64,000 nt of DNA, from the NCBI GenBank assembly GCA_963714975.1, contig CAVQQD010000002.1, positions 128,001-192,000 on the forward strand, written 5' to 3'. Each line of letters opens with the position of its first letter. Within the stretch, counting starts at the first letter, position 1. This document shows, one piece after another, positions 53,359 through 64,000 of the stretch. Origin of the DNA: an uncultured Gammaproteobacteria bacterium (GTDB lineage: Bacteria > Pseudomonadota > Gammaproteobacteria > JAURND01). Both the position numbers and the translations under genes were made by a program. Below the pieces are notes generated by a model that worked only from the letters and a program-made list of their open reading frames with translations, did not search any database and was not told where the DNA came from.

Positions 53359-55857
53359 TTATCTTTGCCATAAAATAAGTGCTGATTCGAGTGGCACAGC
53401 AACTCCTGGAAAATAAGGTATGATTCGAGGGGTGAAGCTGGATGCTGGATATGTAGCTGGAATCTCTACACGATAAATATATCCATTTAGAGCGTCAAGA
53501 ATTTGTTTCTCATATTTCATTTCTTTGGTTATGGCTGCTGAATAAAGCTCTACTTTTATGGCTTGACGGACTAAATTATTACAATAAACTTGGACCTCAA
53601 ATGAATTCTGGTCTTTACCAGTGTCAATTTTTAATTCACCAAATCTTAATGTTTCCCAATTTTGCTCAAGTGAGCGTTGCCAATCAATTATCTGTTTTGC
53701 TAATGCACCATTATTTTCTGTACGTTGTTGATAAGCCAGTGCTGCTGGAAGATAGAATTTTTCTGTATATTCACATACCACCCGATTGGAGGAAAAATAA
53801 GGTGTCAATCGTGACATACTTTCTCGGATCTTGGTTATCCAGGCAGTGGGGATATTGTTCGCATCTCGGGTGTAAAATTCTGGAATTATTTCTTGTTCTA
53901 ACAAATCGTAAAGCGTGCTTGCCTCTGATTTATCCCAGGCAGGATCATCGCCATGCTCTTTATAATCCCCTAATGCCCACCCCGCCTCAGGCGTATATGC
54001 CTCTGCCCACCAACCATCTAACTCTGAGAGATTCAATCCACCATTGACAAGCACTTTCATCCCGCTCGTTCCACTTGCCTCCCAAGGTCTTCGCGGGGTA
54101 TTAATCCATACATCAACTCCCTGAACGAGGTATTCTGTCAAAATCACGTCATAATCACTAAGGAAGATTATGTGTGGACGTACTTCAGGCCTCCTGATAA
54201 ATTCTATCCATTTTTTAAGTAAGAAGTGCCCTTCCATATCTGCTGGAGGGGCCTTCCCTGCGATGATTAATTGCACAGGACGTTCTTTGTTTGCCAGTAT
54301 GCGAAGTAGGCGATCCTCATCGGTAAGAAGCAAATCTGGTCTTTTGTATGCTACAAAACGACGGGCAAACCCTAAAGTTAAAGTATCTGGATTTAGAAAA
54401 GTTTTGGCCGTTTCAATTACCTCGGCAGATTCTCCTCTGGCTTCCCACTGCCTGGCTAAGCGAGCACGAGAATAATCGATCAGGTAAGCTCGTGACTGAT
54501 TGCGCATTTGCCAAATTTCTGCGTCGGGTACAACGCGGATTTTCTTCTCTAATTCTTCTGTTTTTCCGAGCCATCGTCCTTTTCCACAAGCTTTTGTCCA
54601 AAGCTGGTCAGATACAACAGAATCCCAACTTGGCATATGAACTCCATTAGTCACTGATCCAACTGGAATTTCTTCTTCAGGCCAACGAGAGAATAAAGCT
54701 TCAAACAGATGTCGACTTACGGCACCGTGTAATTGGCTAACACCATTGATAGCTCCGCTTCCTCGGATAGCCAAATAAGCCATGTTGAAATCGTCATATG
54801 GATTTAATTGTCCTAGGGCAAGTAGTTTCTCAATTGATATGTCTAGTTTGGTTTGTGCGTAGTTGCCTAAGTATTTGGTAATGAGGTCAGGAGCAAAACG
54901 ATCAAACCCGGCGGTCACTGCTGTATGGGTTGTAAACAGATTACCTTTTCGAGTGGCTGCTAAAGCCACTTCAAATGGTTGTTTGGTTTTTTGCATAAAA
55001 CTTAAAGCACGTTCCAATACCACAAAAGCGGCGTGTCCTTCGTTCAGATGACAAATTTCGGGCTGTATGCCAAGGGCTTCTAGGAGTCGCCATCCACCGA
55101 TGCCTAGTACCAATTCCTGTTTTAAGCGCAGTTCTTGATCACCCCCGTAGAGTTCGCTGGTTATTCCTCTATGTGCAGGGAAATTGGCTATATCATTGCT
55201 GTCTAATAAATAAAGCTTTACTCTTCCTACTTTCACTTCCCAAGTGCGAAGCCAAAGCGACCAACCAGGCAGTTCAATTCTCAGGCGAAGCCACTCTCCA
55301 CTCGGTTTACGCAAGGGTTTAATGGGCAATTGCCCCGGATCGTTGTATGGGTAAAGCTCTTGTTGATCTCCATTCTTGTTAATGAATTGTCGGAAATAGC
55401 CTTGGCTATAAAGCAGCCCAATGGCAATAATAGGTAACCCAAGATCGCTTGCCGTTTTGAGCTGATCACCAGCTACATTGCCTAGACCACCTGAATAAAT
55501 GGGAAGTGCTTCGCTCAACATGAATTCCATACTGAAATAAGCAATAGAAGTAAGAGGTGATTTAGCGTGGTTCTTCTGAAACCAAGTTTGTGAACTTAGC
55601 TCAAGTTTCTTCGTTTCTAGGAGGTCCTGGAGGAGATCGCAAAATTTTGGATCTGCTAGGAGCGTTGTGAATTTTTTTCTGGATGCGGTTTGTAACATAG
55701 CCCAAGGGTTATGCGTCGACGCCCATAGTTCAGGGTCAAGCTGGCGCCATATCGCGTCAGCACTGTGATTCCAAGACCAACGCAAGTTTAGAGCTAGGTT
55801 CTTCAGAGCATCATATTCCTTCAGATCAGCCTTTTGGGCTATATCACGTGGATGCAT
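53359..55857 (-). CDS. glgP: alpha-glucan (glycogen/maltodextrin) phosphorylase
   Basis: YSGGLG, HLNEGH, ARRF..YKR, EASGTSGMK PLP site. Confidence 0.95.
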   Translation of the reverse strand: MHPRDIAQKADLKEYDALKNLALNLRWSWNHSADAIWRQLDPELWASTHNPWAMLQTASRKKFTTLLADPKFCDLLQDLLETKKLELSSQTWFQKNHAKSPLTSIAYFSMEFMLSEALPIYSGGLGNVAGDQLKTASDLGLPIIAIGLLYSQGYFRQFINKNGDQQELYPYNDPGQLPIKPLRKPSGEWLRLRIELPGWSLWLRTWEVKVGRVKLYLLDSNDIANFPAHRGITSELYGGDQELRLKQELVLGIGGWRLLEALGIQPEICHLNEGHAAFVVLERALSFMQKTKQPFEVALAATRKGNLFTTHTAVTAGFDRFAPDLITKYLGNYAQTKLDISIEKLLALGQLNPYDDFNMAYLAIRGSGAINGVSQLHGAVSRHLFEALFSRWPEEEIPVGSVTNGVHMPSWDSVVSDQLWTKACGKGRWLGKTEELEKKIRVVPDAEIWQMRNQSRAYLIDYSRARLARQWEARGESAEVIETAKTFLNPDTLTLGFARRFVAYKRPDLLLTDEDRLLRILANKERPVQLIIAGKAPPADMEGHFLLKKWIEFIRRPEVRPHIIFLSDYDVILTEYLVQGVDVWINTPRRPWEASGTSGMKVLVNGGLNLSELDGWWAEAYTPEAGWALGDYKEHGDDPAWDKSEASTLYDLLEQEIIPEFYTRDANNIPTAWITKIRESMSRLTPYFSSNRVVCEYTEKFYLPAALAYQQRTENNGALAKQIIDWQRSLEQNWETLRFGELKIDTGKDQNSFEVQVYCNNLVRQAIKVELYSAAITKEMKYEKQILDALNGYIYRVEIPATYPASSFTPRIIPYFPGVAVPLESALILWQR

Positions 55858-55963
55858 TTTTTTATCCTTGAGTGTAATTCACTGGAACCAGAGATTATCT
55901 AAACTATAATTGCTTAATGAAGAAATACAAGTCATTGATGCTAAAAAAGCCAATGCGAGGATT

Positions 55964-56584
55964 ATGATGAAGATCACCACATTGTTTGTGGATATAGGTG
56001 GGGTTTTATTAACCAATGGCTGGGGGAAGGAATCCAGGAAATTAGCTGCTAAAAAATTTAATTTAGATCTCGATGAGATAGAAGGGCGACATAATTTAAC
56101 TTTCGATACCTATGAATTAGGCAAACTTAATTTAAAAGAATACCTACATCGAGTAGTATTTTATCAGAAACGTTCTTTTACCCAGGATGAATTCCAAGAA
56201 TTTATGTTTGCTCAGTCCAAGCCCTATCCTCAGATGATTGAGTTAATTTGTCGCCTCAAAGCTCAGTATGGACTGAAAATTGCCATAGTTAACAATGAAG
56301 CATACGAACTCAATGCACACCGAATTAAAGAATTTAAGTTGAGAAGTTTTGTAGATTTTTTTATTTCTTCCTGCTTCGTGCATCTGCGCAAGCCGGACGC
56401 TGACATTTTTCGTATAGCGCTGAATATCGCCCAAACCCCAACTCGTGAAGTACTTTATATTGAAAATACACCTATGTTTGTCACCGTTGCGGAAGATTTA
56501 GGAATTAAAAGTATCCATCATACTAGCTTTCAGTCGACCCGGCAGAAATTGGCTCAATTTGGATTGAGCGTTAAACCTGAGTAG
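55964..56584 (+). CDS. HAD-family phosphatase
   Basis: FVDIGGVL motif I, RKPD motif; start MMKIT. Confidence 0.88.
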   Translation: MMKITTLFVDIGGVLLTNGWGKESRKLAAKKFNLDLDEIEGRHNLTFDTYELGKLNLKEYLHRVVFYQKRSFTQDEFQEFMFAQSKPYPQMIELICRLKAQYGLKIAIVNNEAYELNAHRIKEFKLRSFVDFFISSCFVHLRKPDADIFRIALNIAQTPTREVLYIENTPMFVTVAEDLGIKSIHHTSFQSTRQKLAQFGLSVKPE

Positions 56585-56614
56585 TTACCATAATCTTAAA
56601 TATGGAGAGGACAA

Positions 56615-57724
56615 ATGCAATTGAACTCTTTGAAAAAACTAGAAGCGCTGGGTCAGTCAATCTGGCTGGATTTTATCAACCGAGATTTGATAACAAGCGG
56701 TAAACTTGCACAACTCATTGAGAAAGATGGCCTACGAGGGATTACATCCAACCCTTCAATTTTTGAAAAAGCCGTTGCAGAAAGCCACGATTATGACAAA
56801 GATATCAAAACAATGACAAGCGAAGGTAAAGATATTAATACAATTTATGAAGCACTCACGCAACAAGATATCCAAGATGCTGCAGATAAATTTCGTGATC
56901 TTTATCACAGGACTCATGGCAAAGATGGTTATGTTAGCTTAGAAGTGAATCCACATCTTGCCCACGATACAAAAGCTACCATTGCAGAGGCGCGACGGTT
57001 ATGGAAGGCGCTTAACCGTTCAAATGTTTTGATCAAAGTTCCAGGGACGAAAGAAGGGCTTCCTGCCATTACACAACTGATTAGTGAAGGAATCAATGTC
57101 AATGTAACGCTATTGTTTGGTGTTCCACGTTATCAAGAAGTGTCTGAGGCATATATGAAAGGCTTAGAAATGCGCGTTGCGAAGGGAGAGTCAATTAAAC
57201 AAGTAGCTTCTGTAGCCAGTTTTTTCTTAAGCCGTATTGATGTGCTAGTGGATCCTATACTGGAAAAAATCATTGCCCAAGGTGGGGAACAATCTGCCCT
57301 GGCAAAAAAAATACAAGGGCAGGTTGCCATCGCTTCAGCAAAAATTGCTTATGAAACTTACAAAAAAGTAATTAGCCAGGAACGTTTTCAAAAATTAATT
57401 GAAAAAGGCGCACAGAAACAACGATTGTTATGGGCTAGTACAAGTACAAAAAATCCAGCATATAGCGATGTAAAATACGTGGAAGCGCTTATTGGCGTAG
57501 ATACTGTTAACACTGTTCCTATGGAAACTTTAGATGCCTACCGTAATCATGGCAATCCAAAACTTGAATTAGAACTAAATGTCATCGAAGCTGATTGGAT
57601 TTTTCAGCAATTACCGACAATGGGCATCAACTTGCAGCAGATAACACAGCAGCTTGAAGACGAAGGTGTGGATAAATTTATTCAATCTTTTGGCCAGCTG
57701 ATAAAGGCTTTGAAAAAGTTTTAA
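56615..57724 (+). CDS. tal: transaldolase (long type)
   Basis: GQSIWLD, GITSNPSIF, LIKVPGT, ASFFLSR, RLLWAST. Confidence 0.95.
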   Translation: MQLNSLKKLEALGQSIWLDFINRDLITSGKLAQLIEKDGLRGITSNPSIFEKAVAESHDYDKDIKTMTSEGKDINTIYEALTQQDIQDAADKFRDLYHRTHGKDGYVSLEVNPHLAHDTKATIAEARRLWKALNRSNVLIKVPGTKEGLPAITQLISEGINVNVTLLFGVPRYQEVSEAYMKGLEMRVAKGESIKQVASVASFFLSRIDVLVDPILEKIIAQGGEQSALAKKIQGQVAIASAKIAYETYKKVISQERFQKLIEKGAQKQRLLWASTSTKNPAYSDVKYVEALIGVDTVNTVPMETLDAYRNHGNPKLELELNVIEADWIFQQLPTMGINLQQITQQLEDEGVDKFIQSFGQLIKALKKF

Positions 57725-57918
57725 ATGACCCTCTATTAATCCAATCCAGACCCCCTCCTCCGCCAGCCTGTCCTGATCCCTGAGCTTGTCGAAGGGGGAC
57801 ATCTTCTCTCACAGAAAATCGTTGTGGGAGAACGGATCAATAAAAAATCTTATTCATTGCATAACTGAAAAGTAGATGTTTACAATAGACGCTATTTCGA
57901 TCTCTTTAAAGGATTATC

Positions 57919-58572
57919 ATGTGGATTGTTCGAATCGCGCTAGCGCGGCCTTATACATTTATTGTGCTGGCCATTTTGCTGTTGATTATCGGTCCGCTGG
58001 CCATTATTCGTACTCCCACTGACATCTTTCCTAATATAAATATTCCAGTAGTTAGCGTGGTGTGGAGCTACACTGGCATGCCACCTAAAGATATGGGGCA
58101 GCTCATTACAGCCCCTTTTGAGCGTGCGCTTACCACGACTGTATTGGCGTTAACACGTTCTCGTCATAAAAATGGCGCTGTGCCTGGTTCCGATGTAGAT
58201 GAGGCGGAGTCTCAACTTGAAAATGCTAAAACTTTGGCTGCAGATATACGCATCAAAAGGGCACAAATGGAGCATGCTATCGCCGTGTTAATTGGCTTGC
58301 CGCCAGCCGATTTCTCAATTGCTCCAGCCAAGACAAAAATGCAAAATGTGTTGATATATACCCATCTTCCTTCCACATTATTACAACGCCGACCTGATAT
58401 TGCTGCTGCTGAAAAGCGTGTTCAGGCAGCCAATGCACAAATATGTGTCGCTCGGGCCGCATTCTTTCCTGTATTTGATCTTGTTGCGGAAATTGGCTTT
58501 CAAAGTAATAAATTATCTAACCTTTTTTCCAATATTGATAAAAGCATTAGGGGGTGGGTGGGCAGAAATTAA
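57919..58572 (+). pseudogene. chimera of RND permease N-terminus and NodT/TolC-type outer-membrane factor fragment
   Basis: MWIVRIAL.RPYTF..TDIFP.I.IPVV joined near 58141 to ..LPS.LLQRRPDIAAAE..; LIKALGGGW in another frame. Confidence 0.85.
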
Positions 58573-58721
58573 TGACAATGATCGACATGCACATGACTTA
58601 CCGTCTTGAGTAGGAGCAATGGGACTGATTTTGCTATTCCGGCCTGGCCCCATTTAACTTTTTAATTTGGCCCCACCTAGGTCAAAACTCCGTTATGATA
58701 ATGATTACCAAATTGGTGAGC

Positions 58722-59250
58722 TCAAAGGGGGGTGAATTGAGTTTCGGCCAAATAAAAAACATGATATTGATGTGGATTTAGCGTATGAATGATGTGGCGT
58801 AAAGCGGGTGTCTTTCCGACGCCAGGTTCGCCTGTTAATACACCAATACCCGGCATCTTCATGGATTGCATCACATATTCTTTGAGTTGAACGAAGGCTT
58901 CATCCATCCATAGCGATGCGCTTGACCCGGTGAAGAAACAAATCATCAAAGCGTTCTGCCCAATGGCCTAAGGAGCGGATATGCACCAAATCCTGTCGCC
59001 ATCGTGCCAAGGGTGTCTGCCCGTCCAAACCCTCGTGTGGTCGTTGATGATAAACCTGTTCAATCCATGCCCATAGCCGACTATTTCATTCCGCTCGCTC
59101 TGCAAAATTATCTATCCGGAATGAGATAGTATGAGCTGCCAATTCATTGAATAGTTTTTTGAGTTCCCCGCGCGCAAAATGCTCACGGCTGGCCAGTGGA
59201 CCCAAAACAGATAGCCGAAACAAGGCAACGGGATGCAGTGGTTTTGTCAT
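58722..59250 (-). pseudogene. collapsed remnant of DDE integrase/transposase + ExeA-like AAA ATPase element
   Basis: MTKPLHPVALFRLSVLGPL.., WAWIEQVYHQRPHEGL..TP, then LTGEPGVGKT Walker A, in broken frames. Confidence 0.7.
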
Positions 59251-59622
59251 ATGTTTCCTCCGAAAGTTAAAAATTTAAGGGAAACGTATTGAATCATAAC
59301 CGTTGGTTCTACCCGGATGGTCAAACTGTGTGGGTTACTGGATTTCCTCTAATTTTCCTGTCTAGGCTAGTCGCTGACTATTCCTTTATTGATTCCGATC
59401 AATGTGCTGAAAAACAAGGGTGGAGGTATAAGAAAGCAGGTGGTTCAGCTCATGCCTGGGGAAGATTAAGAGGAACGTGAAATGACTACCAGAAAATATC
59501 GGCATTTTTCTTTGTTAAAGAAAATTGAGAATCTTGTGCGACTTAGTCGAGAATTTAACTTATGAAGCGGTCGCGCCATCACAAGGATGAATGCGATCCT
59601 CTCTTAAATAGGGGTAGTATGA

Positions 59623-60423
59623 ATGGGTAATGAGAAATATATTTTACACGTGGGTGATAAAACCAGTGATCGATTAAAATTACTGAATCAAATATATAAT
59701 TCATTTAGTCTTGACTGGTTAAAAAAACACGGTCTAAGGTCAGGAATGACGATTCTGGATATTGGTTGTGGATTTGGCATTATGACTTGTAAATTAGCCG
59801 AGTTGGTAGGTAGCAGTGGCTATGTGGTTGGCATTGATAATAGTGCTGAGCAATTAGAAATGGCTCACAAAAAAGCTACTGAAAAAAAATTAAAAATATC
59901 AAATTTATAAAATTATCCGTTTATGATTTAGAATGTCTTGATCAAAAATTTGATTTGATATGGGGCCGTTTTATTTTGTCTCATCTCACTGAGCCTGATA
60001 AAGTAATTTCGAAAGTTTATCAGCAGCTATATCCAGAAGGAATTTTTTTGTTCTGATGAAACTTTTACGCCTCTTTTTAGCTACCCAGAGCACATTTTAT
60101 TTGATCAATTTGCTCGTGCGGTAAGTCATTTATTCGAAGCTCAATGGAAAAATTTTAATTTAGGGATGTATGTTCCTGCAAAGTTAAAAGCAGTTGGTTT
60201 TAATAATATTACTACAAAAAGCAGTTTTCCTATTTTATCTTCTGCATCGGAAAAAGTTTTTTTGTCCCAATCTATTATTGAGTTTAAATCTGCCATCTTA
60301 GAAACAAAAACGTTAACTGAAACCGAATATGAATGCATGTTGAATTGGTTTAATGCCGCAGTGGCTAATGAAAATTGATATTTTTCTGCTCCAGGCATAA
60401 TGCAAACATCGGGCTGCAAATAA
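59623..60423 (+). pseudogene. class I SAM-dependent methyltransferase, frameshifted
   Basis: ILDIGCGFG motif I; FDLIWGRFILSHL continues in another frame; further fragment at 60166. Confidence 0.8.
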
Positions 60424-60604
60424 AAAGGCTTGACTGAGTAAACTTAGTCATGAGTTTCCATATTGTATATTTTTTTCATAATAATCTCAGTTAGCTTTTA
60501 AAGCATCAACGGATAGCGCCTGAGTTGTTGCCGATTTGCCGGAATTTTTTAATTCACGCAAAAAATTACTCTGATTCTTAGAAAGCTTACAATCATCTTT
60601 GGAT

Positions 60605-62154
60605 CAATGGCACTACCTTAAGGAGCAAAGATGAATATAAGCCTATGATTTAGATGAAAAAAGATGAAATCAGTTTCCAAATTTAATATTATTGTTGTAG
60701 CAAACACACAATAATAAAAAAAGGAAACTGATCTGTGAATTTTAAAAAGAAAAATAAAATTAAGCAAGTTAAAAATAAAAGACAAGAATTGGCTGATGGT
60801 GCACCAGACATTTTCCTGTTAAACCTATTGAATTCAGAAAAATGTCAGAAGATACTTAGAGAGTGCCGGGAATATCGTGACCGGATATATAGCCCCACCA
60901 AAACCTTATTTACGTTTATTAAACAAGTTTTAAATCCAGATAAATCCTGCAAAAAAGCGGTTGCTGGTGTTGTTGTGGAGCAGCTGCATAGTAAAAAAAA
61001 GAAGCAGAATAAAATAAGCTCAAATACTGGCCCCTATTGTAAGGCCAGAAAGCGATTGCCTGAAGATACTGTGAAGGCATTAGTTAAAGAATCTGGAGCT
61101 TTCCCTTTGAAATCTATTCCAATGAGATGGAAAGTCTATGGCCGAGAATTAAAAGCATTTGATGGATTTACCGTCAAAATGTCGGATACAAAAGCTAATC
61201 AAAAAAAATTTCCTCAGCATGGTAATCAGAAAAAAGGGGCTGGATTTCCTATGGCGCGAATAGTAGCCGTTATGTCACTGACGCGGGGAACCGTAATAGA
61301 TTATGCAATAGGGGCTCACAAAGGAAAGGGCACAGGAGAAATCTCATTATTAAGAGAAATTATAAACTGCATTAAAGCCGACGATATTGTGCTGGGTGAC
61401 CGTTATTACCCCAATTTTTTTCTTATGGCGGACTTAAAAAAAATAGGAGCTGATGGTGTTTTTCGCGGACAAAGTCAAAGGAATTATGATTTTAGAATGG
61501 GACAAAAATTGGGTAAAAATGATCACATTGTCAACTGGGAGAAACCACAGAAACCGGAATGGATGACACAAAAGCAATATGAGGCATACCCCGATCAAAT
61601 TTCCATACGGGAATTTAAAGTATCAGGCCACATATACGTTACAACATTTTTAGACAAAAAATACCACAAAGCAGAGCTTGCCCAAATATATAAGCGAAGG
61701 TGGGAGGTGGAGCTTAATTTGCGAAGTATTAAAAGTATCATGAATATGGATATGTTATCGTGCAAAACACCAGAAATGGTTAGAAAAGAAATAGGAATTC
61801 ATTTATTAGCATATAATTTTATCAGAATAATTATAGCAAAAGCTTGTTATGAGTATGGCGTTAATCCATGGGAAATAAGCTTTAAGGGAAGTGTGCAGCT
61901 ACTAAATGAATTTATTCCTTATTTTATAAGCTCAAATCAGGTGAGCAACCATAAAATGTATATTGAGATGTTAAAATTAATTGTGCAAAACAAAGTTGGA
62001 AATAGACCAGATAGGGTGGAGCCCAGGCTAGTCAAGCAAAGACCGAAACCATTTCCAGCCTTGAAGAGAAACAGAGCAATCGAAAAAGAAAAATTGCTAC
62101 GTAAAATAAATAAAAGGATTTTAAAATATTCTGTGGCTTAAGGTAGTGCCATTG
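60605..62154 (+). mobile_element. IS4-family insertion sequence, copy 2 (1550 bp)
   Basis: Same terminal IRs; 10-bp TSD atctttggat at 60595..60604 and 62155..62164. Confidence 0.95.
60735..62141 (+). CDS. IS4-family DDE transposase
   Basis: Same 468-aa protein as copy 1 except FDGST vs FDGFT. Confidence 0.93.
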   Translation: MNFKKKNKIKQVKNKRQELADGAPDIFLLNLLNSEKCQKILRECREYRDRIYSPTKTLFTFIKQVLNPDKSCKKAVAGVVVEQLHSKKKKQNKISSNTGPYCKARKRLPEDTVKALVKESGAFPLKSIPMRWKVYGRELKAFDGFTVKMSDTKANQKKFPQHGNQKKGAGFPMARIVAVMSLTRGTVIDYAIGAHKGKGTGEISLLREIINCIKADDIVLGDRYYPNFFLMADLKKIGADGVFRGQSQRNYDFRMGQKLGKNDHIVNWEKPQKPEWMTQKQYEAYPDQISIREFKVSGHIYVTTFLDKKYHKAELAQIYKRRWEVELNLRSIKSIMNMDMLSCKTPEMVRKEIGIHLLAYNFIRIIIAKACYEYGVNPWEISFKGSVQLLNEFIPYFISSNQVSNHKMYIEMLKLIVQNKVGNRPDRVEPRLVKQRPKPFPALKRNRAIEKEKLLRKINKRILKYSVA

Positions 62155-62203
62155 ATCTTTGGATTCATTCATTAAATGTGTCTCACAATTTTGACATTTA
62201 AGC

Positions 62204-62236
62204 AGTATACAACATAAAGATTAAGTGAAACTTAAC
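62204..62236 (-). promoter_or_regulatory. PmrA-like box plus -10
   Basis: Minus strand gTTAAgtTTcacTTAA-N11-TATACT. Confidence 0.55.
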
Positions 62237-62662
62237 ACGTCAGGACAGGTGAATTAATTTCTCTGCAGTGGGCAAAAATTGAGATCTAAACGTGCCCGAT
62301 TGCGTGCCCGTGCCCGCACGTTTAGATTCCCTGCAGAGGATTAATTAGGGCTCTATGAAGTTTTGAGTGGGTAAATATGAAATTGGCTCTAGGTGGATAA
62401 GCAGATATGTCATTCCCGCAAAGGCGGGAACCTATAATACTCTCCAATTTCTAGACCACTGAGAAAGACATAAAAAGTTGTTAAAATTGTCTATTTTGGA
62501 GGTTTGAAATGAGTAAAAAGACTCAAAACAACATAGAGCCATTAATTATTTGTCGTAAACCAGATGATATTCCGGCATTCAATGCGGCGATGATTTTATT
62601 TTAAACACAAAGATACGACAAAAATTGGTGGTTTCCCACAATCCTTGTCGTATTTCTGGAAT

Positions 62663-62839
62663 TTACCGGGCAGAAGGTTTCTTTCTAACCAAATGAATAA
62701 TTAAACTTGCTATAAATAATACTAAAAAGATATAAAATAATATTTGTGCTATCCCTATTGCAGCAGAAAAAATACCAGTAAATCCTAATATTCCTGCGAT
62801 AATGGCAATAATGAGAAATGTAATAACCCAAGTTAACAT
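62663..62839 (-). CDS. DUF1328 (UPF0391/YtjA-like) small membrane protein, absent from ORF track
   Basis: [58 protein letters not shown] (58 aa) after aggaggag RBS. Confidence 0.88.
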   Translation of the reverse strand: MLTWVITFLIIAIIAGILGFTGIFSAAIGIAQILFYIFLVLFIASLIIHLVRKKPSAR

Positions 62840-62995
62840 AATCTCCTCCTTTTAAAGTTTTTAGAAGCTAGTCAAAGTATAGGCAAAAAATGAAGAAATA
62901 AAATAATTGTTTTTAATTTCGAGTTTTTTCATACTAAGTTTTGCAAAATGTAAGCAAATCGGTGTTTGCTTGATCTCACGATTTATTTATTCCTT

Positions 62996-64000
62996 TCATT
63001 GACGAATCTCTAATAAATCATCCAGAAAACTAGTTATCGCTGCTTTGGGAGTTGCCCAAGAAGTAACTAACCTAATACAGGATTTTTCGTTATTGTATTT
63101 TGCCCATACATAGAAGCCATAGATTGTTTCTAATTTTTTAAGCACAGAATTGGGAAGAATAGGAAACACTTGATTGGTGGTAGAATCAGAGAAGAGTTCA
63201 TAACCTTGCTTTTTGATTCCTTCTGTTAAATAAGCTGCCATTTTATTAGCATGTTCAGCTAATTTGTAATATAAATTATTTTTAAATAATGCTAAAAACT
63301 GGGCGCCTAAAACTCTACCTTTAGCTAATAAAGCACCTTTTTGTTTAAGAAAATATCTAAAATTTTCTTGTAAAAGAGTATTGTTAATCACGATAGCTTC
63401 GCCTAACAAAGCACCGTTTTTGGTGCCACCAATATAAAAAATATCCACTAATTCAGCCAGCTCTGCTAGGGTTAGATCATTATTATTGGCAGTAAGCGCT
63501 GATGCCAAACGAGCGCCGTCTAAGTAAAGATAGAGATTTCGTTGCTTACATACAGCTGAAATATCTTGAAGTTCTTTTTTCGAATATATTGTGCCAATTT
63601 CGGTTGCATTAGAAATGAAAACTACTCTGGGCTTAACCATGTGTTCATCAGAATGCTCATCACATACCGCTTGAATCTGTGCGGGAGTAATCTTTCCATC
63701 AGTACTGGATACAGGATTAATTTTATGCCCAGTTGCTTCTATCGCACCTGTTTCATGGATTAGAATATGGGCAGTATTCACAGCAATTACTGACTCGTAG
63801 GGCTTCATTATTGCGGATAAACTTATTAAATTAGCTTGGGTGCCTCCTGTAACAAAATGCACCTCAGCATTAACATTAACTATTTCCTTCTTTATCAGGT
63901 TAGCGGCTTGTTTGGTTAGAGAGTCTTCGCCGTAACCTGCTTCTTGAAGCAGATTACTTTCGTGTAACGCATCAAGAACGCTTTGGTGCGCGCCTTCGGA
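62996..64000 (-). CDS. low-specificity L-threonine aldolase (5' end beyond window)
   Basis: GGTQAN, HE.GAIE, YLDGARL, GGTKNG; frame open to the window edge (GYGEDS). Confidence 0.9.
   Translation of the reverse strand, partial: SEGAHQSVLDALHESNLLQEAGYGEDSLTKQAANLIKKEIVNVNAEVHFVTGGTQANLISLSAIMKPYESVIAVNTAHILIHETGAIEATGHKINPVSSTDGKITPAQIQAVCDEHSDEHMVKPRVVFISNATEIGTIYSKKELQDISAVCKQRNLYLYLDGARLASALTANNNDLTLAELAELVDIFYIGGTKNGALLGEAIVINNTLLQENFRYFLKQKGALLAKGRVLGAQFLALFKNNLYYKLAEHANKMAAYLTEGIKKQGYELFSDSTTNQVFPILPNSVLKKLETIYGFYVWAKYNNEKSCIRLVTSWATPKAAITSFLDDLLEIRQ

Overview
Chromosomal segment of a gammaproteobacterium. Gene order (glyA-nrdR-nusB-thiL-pgpA-folE; secA...mutT...zapD; tRNA-Tyr/Gly/Thr-tuf-tRNA-Trp-secE-nusG-rplKAJL-rpoBC) and three PmrA-type promoter boxes point by inference to a Legionellales/Coxiellaceae-like, probably host-associated organism. 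Core housekeeping blocks alternate with accessory patches: two near-identical IS4-family copies with clear TSDs, Rpn-family nucleases, a Panacea (DUF4065) antitoxin plus membrane ORF, a three-gene tandem paralog array with variable N- and conserved C-termini, effector-like orphans, and a pgm/glgP/HAD/tal island placed right after rpoC. Intergenic DNA is saturated with several families of palindromic REP-like repeats. The strongest candidate for an undescribed system is a DUF559 (Vsr-like) endonuclease gene bracketed by long inverted arrays of the same CCCTCTCCC/GGGAGAGGG repeat family that is dispersed through the window, an architecture like RAYT/REP but with a different nuclease. Several genes show internal deletions (nrdR lacking its ATP cone, an RND-TolC chimera). 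All calls come from reading the sequence; no searches were run.
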